Below the pieces are notes generated by a model. The model was not told the origin of the DNA. It did no database searches and saw only the letters and a list, made by a program, of their open reading frames with translations. Position numbers and translations under genes: made by a program. A DNA stretch of 64,000 bases from a virus: positions 99,816 to 163,815 of the IMG/VR virus record IMGVR_UViG_2698536665_000003, one strand, 5' to 3'. Of this stretch, positions 43,254-53,815 are shown in pieces; the first letter of the stretch is position 1; each line of letters begins with the position of its first letter.

Positions 43254-43929
43254 ATGTACTATACACACAACACAAAGAATCAAAATGATTCAAAGTATCA
43301 GCGTTTTAGTACTACCAAATTAAAATCCGAAGAAATAACAATTGAGCAGTACCGTGAGTTCGAAGCAATAAATAAACAAATACTCGGACTAACAAAGAAA
43401 ATAAAAGACTGGTTAACCAATAATCAGTCGGCTATTAAGTATTCGATTTTTAATCTACCTAAAATGACTGGTGGATTTAGAACAATTAAAGCACCAGAAG
43501 AAAAACTCAAATCTTTTATGAGAGAAATTAAATTTGATTTAGAAAGCATTGGTATAGTACCACATGATTCAGCTTATGCATACATCCCAAACCGTGACTG
43601 TTTAAAAGCAATACAATGTCACCAACGGAATAAATCAAATTGGTTTCTCAAAATGGATTTAGAGAAATTCTTTAACAATTGTTCTGAACAAGTTATTACT
43701 ATCCAATTAAAAAAGCTGTATCCATTCAGCTTAATGACTGAAACAGATTATAAGAGTTTTATTAGTAGTTTATGTGGTTTAGCTTGTCATGAAAATGAAT
43801 TACCGCAAGGAACTCCGCTTTCTCCGATACTTACTAATTGGTTGATGATTAGTATAGATACTCAAATCAACAACGCATTGGCAAAAAGAAGTGGGGAATC
43901 CTTTATTTACACTAGGTATGCTGATGACT
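43254..43929 (+). CDS. retron-like/unassigned reverse transcriptase, exon 1 (ends inside YADD motif)
   Basis: GGFRTIKAPEEKLK, WFLKMDLEKFFNNC, ELPQGTPLSPILTNW, FIYTRYADD; AAAGAAAGGG RBS before ATG. Confidence 0.85.
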
Positions 43930-45795
43930 GTGCGCCACGAAAGTGTGCGTGAGTAGCTAGGCTACTCAAAGCAACTATGCTGTACAAATGATGACGGTGG
44001 GCCCGTCGAAGTCGCCATACAGGTGGAGATTTCAAACCACCTTAAGGTGCTGTAGTCAAAAGCTATGGTATTGAGCGTTAAGGAAAAGGCAATCAAGAAT
44101 TGTCAGGTGAGTGTTATGGAGATGAACGAACATGTGAACCACTTACGGAAATGTCGAAAGCGTAGAGATTCCATCAAAACTAGGGGGTAGTCGTTAACCT
44201 AGGATAAGCTTAGAGGAAACCTGTTTACTGTCTAAGTGGTGGGCGGCATAAAGGTGGCATGAACATAACACAGGCATTTGTGCGGAACGTGGGAACCTAC
44301 GGACTGATGTTAAGGGAGTATTTCAAGTGGAAGAACCACAAGAAAAGAGTACCGATGCAGTCATAGGGGCAGATTGGATTGTAGTAGTGAAGAAGCCTCT
44401 GTAATGGAAGTGGAGCGAAGAATCCAGGTTATTCAGTTTCAAGGATAAGTCAACTTTGAAAGGAGGAGGAGCTTATGCAAGAAACAAAACCGTTTGGTAT
44501 TTCAAAGAATGTTGTAATGATGGCATTCGAGCGAGTAAAAGCCAATAAAGGGACATATGGAATGGATGAACAGTCCATCGAAATGTATGAAATGGACTTG
44601 AAGAATAATTTGTACAAATTATGGAATCGTATGTCCTCAGGTAGTTATTTTCCAAAACCAGTGAAAGCAGTAGCTATTCCTAAAAAGAATGGAGGAACCA
44701 GAACACTAGGTATTCCAACAGTTGAAGACCGAGTGGCACAAATGGTAGCGAAACTCTATTTTGAACCAAATGTGGAGAGATTGTTCTATGAAGATTCTTA
44801 TGGATACCGACCAAATAAGTCAGCGATTCAAGCAATTGAAGCGACACGGAAAAGGTGTTGGCGGAAGGATTGGGTGTTAGAGTTCGATATTAAAGGATTA
44901 TTTGATAACATTCGACATGACTATCTAATTGAAATGGTAAAGCGTCATACCAACCAGGAATGGGTTACGCTCTATGTACAAAGATGGTTAATAACACCTT
45001 TCCAAATGGAAGATGGAACCTTAATAGAAAGAACGGCCGGCACACCGCAAGGTGGAGTCATCAGTCCAGTTCTTGCGAACTTGTTTCTCCACTACACATT
45101 TGATGATTTTATGGTAAAAGAATTTTCAAGTATTCCGTGGGCAAGATACGCAGATGATGGAATAGCACATTGCACTTCATTGAAACAAGCAAAATATCTT
45201 CAACGAAGACTGGAAGAAAGATTTAAATTGTTTGGATTAGAGCTAAACTTAGAGAAAACGAAAATTGCCTATTGTAAAGATGATGATAGACAACTGAGCT
45301 ATCCGAATACCTCTTTTGATTTTCTTGGGTATACGTTTCGACCAAGGCACGCAAAGAACAAACATGGAAAATTCTTCACAAACTTCTCACCAGCTATTGC
45401 CGATAAAGCTAAGAAAGCAATTAGAAAAGAAGTGAGAAGTTGGCGACTACAGCTGAAAGCAGATAAAACATTACAGGATATTTCCAATATGTTTAATAAG
45501 AAAATCCAGGGATGGATCAACTATTATGGGCATTTCTATAAATCAGAAATGTATAGTGTATTGCGGTATATCAATAGTAGCCTAATAAAATGGGTTCGCC
45601 GGAAATATAAGAAGCGAAAACATCGAAGGAAAGCAGAATATTGGTTAGGCACTATTGCACAACGCGAGCGTAAATTATTTGCACATTGGAAATATGGAAT
45701 ACTACCGGCAACGAATAATGGGAGCCGTATGAGCTGAGAGGTTCACGTACGGTTCTGAGAGAGACTTAGGGGGAAGTTCCCTAGGTCTACTCACT
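43930..45795 (+). other. group II intron interrupting the RT gene
   Basis: 5' GTGCG at 43930; domain V GAGCCGTATGAGCTGAGAGGTTCACGTACGGTTC at 45722-45755; intron ORF inside. 3' end set by coding frame, so it could be off by 1-2 nt. Confidence 0.88.
44475..45737 (+). CDS. ltrA: group II intron reverse transcriptase/maturase (LtrA family, resembling class D)
   Basis: GTPQGGVISPVLANLFLHY, WARYADDGIAHC, FDFLGYTFRPR, maturase-like WRLQLKADKTLQDISNMFNKKIQGWINYYG. Confidence 0.92.
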   Translation: MQETKPFGISKNVVMMAFERVKANKGTYGMDEQSIEMYEMDLKNNLYKLWNRMSSGSYFPKPVKAVAIPKKNGGTRTLGIPTVEDRVAQMVAKLYFEPNVERLFYEDSYGYRPNKSAIQAIEATRKRCWRKDWVLEFDIKGLFDNIRHDYLIEMVKRHTNQEWVTLYVQRWLITPFQMEDGTLIERTAGTPQGGVISPVLANLFLHYTFDDFMVKEFSSIPWARYADDGIAHCTSLKQAKYLQRRLEERFKLFGLELNLEKTKIAYCKDDDRQLSYPNTSFDFLGYTFRPRHAKNKHGKFFTNFSPAIADKAKKAIRKEVRSWRLQLKADKTLQDISNMFNKKIQGWINYYGHFYKSEMYSVLRYINSSLIKWVRRKYKKRKHRRKAEYWLGTIAQRERKLFAHWKYGILPATNNGSRMS

Positions 45796-46184
45796 TGCTA
45801 ATTAGTAGCAAACAACCATTTAGGCATAAAGAAATAGTTGAATTAGTTAAAGGAATATTAACCCAAGAAGGAACTCCATTCACTATTAAGGATTCAAAAA
45901 CGAGATATGGTTCAAAATCGGGAAAGAATTGGAACCTTGGCATTATGTACAACAAAGATCATAACCTTACAGTTGGTCATAAGCGTAAGCGAAGAATTAA
46001 AACGATGTTATTCCAATTCTATCGAGGACAACGAGATAGAGGATATGCTTTAGAACTTAATGGAGAATTAGCATATCTTAAGAACATCGAACCGGACTAT
46101 CATGACTACTTAATAGGTTTTATGAATAGCAAATACAGATTCAACTTCAAAAAAGCTATTAACATAGCAATCAAACAAAATTGA
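45796..46184 (+). CDS. reverse transcriptase exon 2 (host RT)
   Basis: Joined to exon 1 gives YTRYADDLLISSKQPFRHKEIV...FTIKDSKTRYGSKSGKNWNLGIMYNKDHNLTVGHKRKRRIK. Confidence 0.85.
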
Positions 46185-46243
46185 TTCCCAGGGGTGCTAA
46201 CGCCCCTCCTTTTTTTGAATTTAATTAAAGGAGAGATTTAGCT

Positions 46244-47230
46244 ATGACAGAAAAAATTACAATCGCAGTAACTGCACATCGTCCAAATAAATTATATGGG
46301 TACGATTATTTTTCACCAGGTAACCTTGCTATCGCTACTAAACTACGAGAACATCTTCTTTCCCATTTAGATCAAGGGAAACAGGTACACGCAATAAGCG
46401 GTATGGCATTAGGAGGAGACACGATTTATGCGTTAGTCGTCCTTAAATTAAAAAGACAAGGATATAACATAACCTTAGAATCGGCTATTCCATGTACCGC
46501 ACATTCTAGTCAATGGCCAAAACCATCGCAAGATCAATGGAAAAGCATTGTGGAACAAGCCGATGTTGTTACATATGTTAGCAAACTACTGTACAAGCCT
46601 TATCTTATGCAAAAGCGTAATGAGTATATGGTGAATCAATGCGATGAGCTGATAGCTATATGGAATGGAGAACCAAAAGGCGGTACTGGTAACTGCGTAG
46701 ATTATGCCATAAAGAAGGAGAAGAAAATGGTACAAATTAATCCGAAAGAACTAATCATCCAACATAAAGGTGATATCTTGCGTTCAGATTGTGACGTAGT
46801 AATGCATCAAGCCAACGCGAGATCTACGATGGGGAGCGGTATTGCTAAGCAAATCCGAGCAGAATTTCCGGTTGTATATGAGGTCGATCGTTCATCACCT
46901 CTAAGACCTGAACAAAAGCTGGGAACTTTTACTTTCGCTAATGTCCAAAACAATGGGAAAAGTATTGAGATAGTTAATTTGTATGGTCAATTAAACTATG
47001 GAGCGGATCGAAAACTTTATACGGTTTATGAAGCACTTGAATCTGCTTTATTTAGTTATTTGGCTAATCGATTAGATAGAGAAGGTAACCTATCTCATTT
47101 AAAAATAGGCGTACCAAAATATATTGGATGTGCAAGAGCTGGTGGAGACTGGAATGTAGTTAAAGGTATACTAGAAAAGGCTACAAAACATTTCAATGTA
47201 TCAATTCACACGTATGAATTTGCTGCATAA
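46244..47230 (+). CDS. fusion of a SLOG/YpsA-like Rossmann domain with a Macro domain
   Basis: N-term ITIAVTAHRPNKLYGYD...ISGMALGGDTIYA...ADVVTYVS...MVNQCDELIAIWNGEPKGGTGNCVDYA; C-term KGDILRSDCDVVMHQANARSTMGSGIAKQIRAEFP...GVPKYIGCARAGGDWNVV. Confidence 0.75.
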   Translation: MTEKITIAVTAHRPNKLYGYDYFSPGNLAIATKLREHLLSHLDQGKQVHAISGMALGGDTIYALVVLKLKRQGYNITLESAIPCTAHSSQWPKPSQDQWKSIVEQADVVTYVSKLLYKPYLMQKRNEYMVNQCDELIAIWNGEPKGGTGNCVDYAIKKEKKMVQINPKELIIQHKGDILRSDCDVVMHQANARSTMGSGIAKQIRAEFPVVYEVDRSSPLRPEQKLGTFTFANVQNNGKSIEIVNLYGQLNYGADRKLYTVYEALESALFSYLANRLDREGNLSHLKIGVPKYIGCARAGGDWNVVKGILEKATKHFNVSIHTYEFAA

Positions 47231-47247
47231 AACAGAGGTGACGCTAG

Positions 47248-48399
47248 ATGATTTGCATATATCGTTTAAGAAACAAAATAAATGAAAAGAATTACATAGG
47301 TCAAACAACAAACTTTAAAAGAAGAATGATTCGCCATAAAGCCGATTCAAAACATCCTGAGCCAATTTACAAAATTCATCGAGCAATTAAGAAATATGGA
47401 ATAGATAATTTTGAAATAACTGTTCTTGAGGAATGTACGGAGGAAATGCTGGATGAAAGAGAAATCTATTGGGTTTCTCATTTTGATTCTTTCAATAACG
47501 GCTACAATATGACAGGTGGTGGTAATGGTTTTGGGATTGGAGAAGGATCTCCTTCCTCTCGAATCTCAACTCTAACTGCCAAAAGAATAATTAAAATTAA
47601 GTTGGAGACCGTAGCACCGTATAGAGAAGTCGCTAATTATCTAAACTGTACATTAGGCACATTTAATAACGTTGGTAATAATTCATGGCAATATTTAAAC
47701 AATCAAATTGATGATTTTTCCGATGAGGTTGTTGAATATTTTCGTAACAAGTATCCAATAGATTCTCTAAACATATTAGTATTTGACAATCGTACTCTTG
47801 AGTTACTAGGAGAATATGAATCTACAAACGATATAATTTCCGCCGGTATTGTGGAGGTCAGAGGAAAGTATGATCAAACTAGTATATCTAGAGCTATCGC
47901 TACTAAATTATCGTTTCAGAATAAAATATTTATCCATAAAAAAGATTATTCGGAAGAATATCTCAAAGAGATTACTTCTAATAATCGCCAAAGACAAATT
48001 GATTGGATAGATGTTTACGCTGAAGATGGTCAGTATATTAAGCGTTTTTCTTCCCGTAAAGAGATTCGAGACGAGTTAGGATTAACCGCTTCTCAAATTA
48101 GTAATGGATTATATTTACCTAATCAAGTTGTAACAAAGGGGTTTATTTTAATAACCAATGTTCAACATGACGAAGGTGAAACTATTGAAGCAAAACTTGA
48201 AAAACTTGCCTCATTTAGTCACACTAGTCCGGAATTTGCGGTAATTAAAAATGGTGCTGTTTTGGAGACGCTTAGAAATCAGCAAGAATGTGCTAAAAAG
48301 TACAATCTTCACCAGTCTCGTATTTCACTTATATTGAGAAATGGTAAAGGAACTACTGGTGGATATACGTTCAAATACGTAGACAACGAGGAGGAATAG
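47248..48399 (+). CDS. GIY-YIG homing endonuclease
   Basis: CIYRLRNKINEKNYIGQTTNFKRRMIRHKAD; repeated NUMOD-like C-terminal blocks. Confidence 0.85.
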   Translation: MICIYRLRNKINEKNYIGQTTNFKRRMIRHKADSKHPEPIYKIHRAIKKYGIDNFEITVLEECTEEMLDEREIYWVSHFDSFNNGYNMTGGGNGFGIGEGSPSSRISTLTAKRIIKIKLETVAPYREVANYLNCTLGTFNNVGNNSWQYLNNQIDDFSDEVVEYFRNKYPIDSLNILVFDNRTLELLGEYESTNDIISAGIVEVRGKYDQTSISRAIATKLSFQNKIFIHKKDYSEEYLKEITSNNRQRQIDWIDVYAEDGQYIKRFSSRKEIRDELGLTASQISNGLYLPNQVVTKGFILITNVQHDEGETIEAKLEKLASFSHTSPEFAVIKNGAVLETLRNQQECAKKYNLHQSRISLILRNGKGTTGGYTFKYVDNEEE

Positions 48400-48402
48400 T
48401 TA

Positions 48403-49140
48403 ATGGACAGCATTGGAGATCGCATGAAGAGATACGAGAATGCATATCGCATTAAGTTACCTGAAAGAATGCCCGTGATTGTAAGGATTGATGGAGCACA
48501 CTTTCATACATATACAAAAGGTTGCGCTAAGCCTTTTGACCAGGATCTAGCAGAAGCATTTTGGGAAACATGCAAATACTTAGCTCAAAACATTATGGGC
48601 GCGAAATTAGTTTACCATCAGTCGGATGAGATTAGTATTCTTATTACGAACTATGACAAGCTTACAACTCAATCTTGGTTTGAAAATAACCTTCAAAAGA
48701 TAGCTTCTGTTTCGGCTTCTATGGCAACTGCAAAGTTTAATGAAGTTATGAGAGAGAAATATCCGGACAAACCACTTGCTACATTTGATGGTCGCGCACA
48801 GGTATTGCCACAAGATGAGGTTGCAAACTATTTCATTTGGAGACAACAAGATGCTTCAAAGAATAGCATCTCAATGGTTGCTCAAGCTAACTTTCCACAT
48901 AAGCAATTGCAAGGCCTTAATGGTAAGGATATGCAGGATAAGTTAATGACTGAGAAAAATATCAACTGGAATGACTTACCTGTATGGCAAAAACGTGGTA
49001 TATGCATCATTAAAGAGTTCTACGAAAAGAATGGTGCTTTAAGAAGTCGATGGTCAGTAGATCATGAAACTCCTATTATTTCTAAAGACCGCGAATATGT
49101 TGAACAATTCGTTTACTTAAATAGAGGTGCTGCAGCATGA
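48403..49140 (+). CDS. Thg1-like protein (3'-5' nucleotidyltransferase acting on tRNA)
   Basis: MKRYENAYRIKLPERMPVIVRIDGAHFHTYTKG, YHQSDEISILI, FDGRAQVLP. Confidence 0.9.
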   Translation: MDSIGDRMKRYENAYRIKLPERMPVIVRIDGAHFHTYTKGCAKPFDQDLAEAFWETCKYLAQNIMGAKLVYHQSDEISILITNYDKLTTQSWFENNLQKIASVSASMATAKFNEVMREKYPDKPLATFDGRAQVLPQDEVANYFIWRQQDASKNSISMVAQANFPHKQLQGLNGKDMQDKLMTEKNINWNDLPVWQKRGICIIKEFYEKNGALRSRWSVDHETPIISKDREYVEQFVYLNRGAAA

Positions 49141-49457
49141 AGAAATTAATCGCAACTGTATTAACTGTAGGATTAGCAGCAACCATTTTAACAGGATGTA
49201 ACAATGATCCGTATATGCAGAAGCAGGATGACCAAATTATAAGTATCGATTATAAGATGCTAGTAAAAGACAAGCTTTATTACATTCCGCATGAAAGAGG
49301 AAAGGCTGATCTTCCTCCGAGATATGAAAAACTTCTAACAGATAATCCTAGCTTAGAAGTTATCAGTGTTTCTACAAATACGAATGAAGATAGTCAAAAT
49401 AGTATCAACGGTTACTACATCTTTACAAAGAAAATCAAAGAAAATCAAGAGCAATAG
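49137..49457 (+). CDS. putative lipoprotein
   Basis: Lipobox ILTGC after a hydrophobic leader. Confidence 0.7.
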   Translation: MKKLIATVLTVGLAATILTGCNNDPYMQKQDDQIISIDYKMLVKDKLYYIPHERGKADLPPRYEKLLTDNPSLEVISVSTNTNEDSQNSINGYYIFTKKIKENQEQ

Positions 49458-49842
49458 AGTGGGTGAAGGCCTGCTCTTATTTTATTTATAGAAGGGAGAA
49501 TTCAATTGGATATCTATATTAATCCTCCAAAACGAATCGAGACAACAGTAGATCAATTTAAATCATTTACGTATTTTGAACTATCCTCATTTTTTATTAA
49601 CCATGGAGCTTGTGTACAAGACAATGGCGATTCGTTTAGAATCTGGACTTCAAGATACGAATTAGTACATGCGTGTATGAAGAACCACAGATTTAGAGGA
49701 ATAGACTGGTACGAAAAAAGTAATGTAGAACTTTATTTTTGTGACATTACAGAGGATAACTTAAAAGGACTAATTAGAAAGAGTTATGAGGATTTGTTTT
49801 TGAGATAAAAATCAATAATTACAGAAGGGGGAGAATGATAGA

Positions 49843-50298
49843 ATGAATGACTTACAAAACATAGGTTGGCGGCGATTACTGTTAAGCAAACAAGAAAAAT
49901 TCCTAGTGGATTTAAAAACACTTGGTAAAGAAAAAGATAATGTTCAAAAGGGAATTATTATTTTTGAAAACTTAACAAAACCTCATTATGTTTTTCACTT
50001 GTTAAAAAGATATTTTCGTCCTTATATTTATAAAACATATTGGGCGATTGCACCTAAACGATTACGTGTTTGCAGAAGAGGAACTGCTATTTACGAATTC
50101 TTACCTTGGATTAACAACTCGCACCTTTATAAAGACAACACAGGTCGTATTGGTCGTGCATATGGTGGAGATCCTACATACGTATACTCTTGGAAAAAAG
50201 CTCATGAAAGTATGATGAAATATAAAAAAGAAGAAGATCAGAAGCGTCTTCAATTTCAATTAGATATGTCTCTTAGAAGAATAAATGGAGGTAAATAA
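49843..50298 (+). CDS. hypothetical protein
   Basis: ORF with AAGGGGGAG RBS. Confidence 0.6.
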   Translation: MNDLQNIGWRRLLLSKQEKFLVDLKTLGKEKDNVQKGIIIFENLTKPHYVFHLLKRYFRPYIYKTYWAIAPKRLRVCRRGTAIYEFLPWINNSHLYKDNTGRIGRAYGGDPTYVYSWKKAHESMMKYKKEEDQKRLQFQLDMSLRRINGGK

Positions 50299-50299
50299 T

Positions 50300-50707
50300 A
50301 TGAGCGAAGCTATGTTTACAGTAGAAGAAGTAAAAACAAAATGCCAGGAGAATAGTTGGTTAAAGATTGGTGGTTGTGACTTTGAAGATGATTTCATGAT
50401 GGAACTCGACTATGATTATGGTCTTTATACTTGTCAAAGCCTTGAAGAATTAGAGCAGAAGATGAAGCAAGGGAATTGGTCTATTCGTTCTGCTTTTGCA
50501 TATGACCGATTATTATTTGTGAATCAAGTGAATGGCGGAGATGAATGGTGGACATGCTATAAACATGAGGACGGTAGTATCGAAAGTTTCGAATCTATTA
50601 CCTTCAGAAGCTTTATTAATCGGGGCGAGTTTAAACAATTATTGGAAAGATTGCTACAGGGCCCCGATGCCTACTGGGGAAGAAACGAAGAAAAAGAGGG
50701 AGCTTAG
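50300..50707 (+). CDS. hypothetical protein
   Basis: ATG at 50300 after GGAGG. Confidence 0.6.
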   Translation: MSEAMFTVEEVKTKCQENSWLKIGGCDFEDDFMMELDYDYGLYTCQSLEELEQKMKQGNWSIRSAFAYDRLLFVNQVNGGDEWWTCYKHEDGSIESFESITFRSFINRGEFKQLLERLLQGPDAYWGRNEEKEGA

Positions 50708-51339
50708 TCCCTCTCAGTTACGTTATCTAGCCAACTTTCTATTGTCTGCTTGATGTGTTTTGAATGTCCTTTAAAACCATCTAAGATGTAGCTAATTAGC
50801 TGAGCTAATGTAATTTCGTTTGTTTCATAAGGATTTTCTTTTCTTATGTAGGTAAGAACTTTCTTAAGTTGGTCTTTTCTATTGTCATCTAAGGTTTCTT
50901 CAACAAATCTAGTTACGTATTCGTTTACGATATCCGTATTCCTAACAGCAGCATCGAGTAAAATAGCTGTAGCTGTCGAAACAGTTGTATCTAATGCATA
51001 TGCTAAATCAGCTAAATGATCATACGTTTCTTGTCTAAAACGCATTGTAATTCTTGTTGTTGATTTCGAATGTTTTCTAACTCGTTCAGACATTAATTCT
51101 CTATTACCCATATGTAGAGTATCTTTAAATTTGTAACTTCTTCTGAACTTTTTGGACAAGTAATCAATTACTTTTTTAGAATATAAACCGTGAGTACAAA
51201 ATATTTCACCGACATCTTTCATTGGTGTATTAGTAATGTATGAGATTCGAGCAACGCAATCATACAAACTGAGTTCAACAGTTGGCTTAACGTCCTTACG
51301 TTTGTCACTCCTAATCTTCCTCTCTTTTACTTTACTCAT
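50704..51339 (-). CDS. putative ribbon-helix-helix-type DNA-binding protein
   Basis: TTRITMRFRQETYDHLADLAYALDTTVSTATAILLDAAV pattern; convergent with the upstream gene. Confidence 0.5.
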   Translation of the reverse strand: MSKVKERKIRSDKRKDVKPTVELSLYDCVARISYITNTPMKDVGEIFCTHGLYSKKVIDYLSKKFRRSYKFKDTLHMGNRELMSERVRKHSKSTTRITMRFRQETYDHLADLAYALDTTVSTATAILLDAAVRNTDIVNEYVTRFVEETLDDNRKDQLKKVLTYIRKENPYETNEITLAQLISYILDGFKGHSKHIKQTIESWLDNVTERD

Positions 51340-51632
51340 CCTATTTCACTCCTAAAATCGTATTTTAAGTTTGGGACACATTCTTTTTGTGCTAGATATA
51401 AAAATCATATGTTGGGGGATGGGGGAGTAGTACAACATGTATAAAATTTCTGCAGTTGGGCAGACTGAGGAATTAAGGAGGCGGTAACGATGGGCGTAAA
51501 AGTTAAAATATCTTCAGCTGAAGCAAAGAAAATTGCAAAAGGTTGCCTAAGCCAAAGTACGAAATATGGATTACCACGTAAAAAGAAATAGTCATATTAA
51601 ATATAGAAAAATAATTAAGTGGGGGTTTTTAG

Positions 51633-52121
51633 ATGTATAGAATGTGGCGGGAATATGCTTCAAAACCTACTGATTTACCGACTGACGATTTATTAGAAGC
51701 GGTAAAAATGTCTATAAATTGTGAAGCCGATTTTTATATATACGGAAGAATGATAGCTAGCTGGATGGGTCTTAGTATGGAAGAGAATATTCGTCGATTA
51801 GATAAAGAAGGAATCGAAACATATGTTGTAGACGGAGATTATCGTTTCAGGTACAAAGATCCTGAAAAAAATATTAAACGTATCTTCTTTGAATTTATAA
51901 ATATAGGTGAAGGAAAAGGCGAAGTCCATTTGAACAGTTATCGTTCAAGAAAGGATCAGCCTTTTTATTCGTCTATTGAGGAAATTTATGAACTGCTAAA
52001 AGAAGATTGTCCTCACGTTCATACATTGAATGTTGTAGATTTTTCAGGGGATAAGTATGAAGGTTCATATCAGTATAATTTACAAAATCATGTTAAAAAT
52101 AAATTGTCTGAAAATTGTTGA
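51633..52121 (+). CDS. hypothetical protein
   Basis: ORF with GGGGG before ATG. Confidence 0.55.
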   Translation: MYRMWREYASKPTDLPTDDLLEAVKMSINCEADFYIYGRMIASWMGLSMEENIRRLDKEGIETYVVDGDYRFRYKDPEKNIKRIFFEFINIGEGKGEVHLNSYRSRKDQPFYSSIEEIYELLKEDCPHVHTLNVVDFSGDKYEGSYQYNLQNHVKNKLSENC

Positions 52122-52202
52122 TAAATATATAAAATACCCTACTCGATTTTACTAAATATGGTATTCTTACTATAAATAAATAAAAGGGGTTGAGGGTGGC
52201 GT

Positions 52203-53301
52203 ATGCAAGATTACAAAGTTAGTAATGAAAAAGTAACAAAGCTTCTTAATGAGTGGTATCAAGAGATGAGGGCTCAACAAATTTTAAAAGCCACTCAGTT
52301 AAAAAAAAGAGATAGATACCCAAATTAATGCTTTAGCTGAGCAAGATCAAAACCTATTGTTGTATTACTCTTTATTAGATTTTAGATATAAGTTACTAAC
52401 TGATGACTTTGGAATTGGGAAAGACAGTTTTGACAGAATCGAAGAATTAAATACTCCAAGTGATCAAATGTTGAATTACTATTATCATTTCTTTAAAGCA
52501 ATACATTCTACTGTCCTTACAAATTTTTCTGAAGCAAAAGAACATTATACAAAAGCTGAAGAGATGCTGAATCATATTCCGGACATATTAGAACGCGCAG
52601 AATTTTACTACAGATTCTCAACTTTTAATTATCAGACGTATCAACCTTTAGTAGCGATTAAATATGCTGATAAAGCTAAAGAAATCTTTGCTAAGCATAA
52701 AGGATATGATATAAATGTTGCGTCCTGTGAGAATGTGTATGGTCTAGCTTGTGTAGATTTAAAACAATACGAACTAGCTGAAGAAAGTTTTAACTCATCT
52801 ATTAATATTTTAAATAAAATGGACGAGAAAAAATTAATCCTGCGAGTAAGAAGTAATTTAGGATGGCTATATGCAAGTCAAAATTTATCTACTTTAGCAA
52901 TTAGACATCTTTCTGAGGTTACTCATAATATCCCTAATCATTTCAAAGCTTTATTCTCAGAAGCAGAAGAGAACTATAAGTTAGGGAATAATGAACAAGC
53001 TAAAGAGTTGATTACCAGAGGATTAGATATTAGCCATAAAATTAATAATGTAGAATATCTACATAGATTTAGAATCCTGCAGAAGTTAAATGAAAATGTA
53101 CCAGCTACTGATCTAGAGGTAGTTGTTAAAGAAGGACTTTCTTACTTTGAGAAAGAAAACTTATTAGAGTGTATGCAAGAATATACCGAAAAGCTAGCTT
53201 CAAAATATTATGAAGAAAATAATACGGTTAAAGCAAGTGAATATTATTACCGAAGTGTTAATGTTAAAAAACAATACTTTGAAAAAGGAGCATTAAAATA
53301 A
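52203..53301 (+). CDS. rap: Rap-family TPR phosphatase/regulator; frame broken at A8 run (52301-52308)
   Basis: VTKLLNEWYQEMRAQQILKATQLKK + (one A removed) EIDTQINALAEQDQNLLLYYSLLDFRYKLL then TPR-like repeats; followed by a Phr-like gene. Confidence 0.82.
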
Positions 53302-53450
53302 TGAAAAAATTAAAAGCATTGGTATTAGGTATCGCATTAACCGGTACATTCGCATTTGGATTAAGTCTTGTTCATACTGAAAATAGTAATTTATCCGAAG
53401 AAAAATCTTATGAGTATGTTCAGTACATGAACAGGGGAGACACTTGGTAA
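53301..53450 (+). CDS. phr: Phr signalling peptide precursor (49 aa)
   Basis: MKKLKALVLGIALTGTFAFGLSLVHTENSNLSEEKSYEYVQYMNRGDTW: secretion leader plus C-terminal NRGDT resembling Phr pentapeptides; stop/start overlap with rap. Confidence 0.82.
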   Translation: MKKLKALVLGIALTGTFAFGLSLVHTENSNLSEEKSYEYVQYMNRGDTW

Positions 53451-53815
53451 TTCTGTTTGGTTTTCAGTGGAATTTAGTGAATTCTAGGGGAATCCCATTT
53501 AAAACACTTCAAGAGTAATTTCTTTAACATATATAGGTCTACGAGTAAATGAATTATCAAGCGATCCGTAAACTGGGTCGCTTTTTTGTTTGTATTCACT
53601 TTTAGAAACAATATTTATTAATTCCAGAAATTACCCTTGAATTTATATAGATAACTGCTTATTTTACAACAAAGATCAAATCAAGCATCAAAGAGTGATT
53701 AGAGTATAGAAGAACATATATATGTGATTTATCTTCAACTAGATTTATATTGTTCTTCTCAAAATATTGGTTGGGGCTAACGCCCCTTCTCATTTTAAAT
53801 AAAGGGTGATTTAAA

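Noticed and set aside
43254-46184. Diversity-generating retroelement
   Set aside because: No template/variable repeat pair, Avd-like gene or C-type lectin target seen next to the RT; retron/unassigned class is a better guess.
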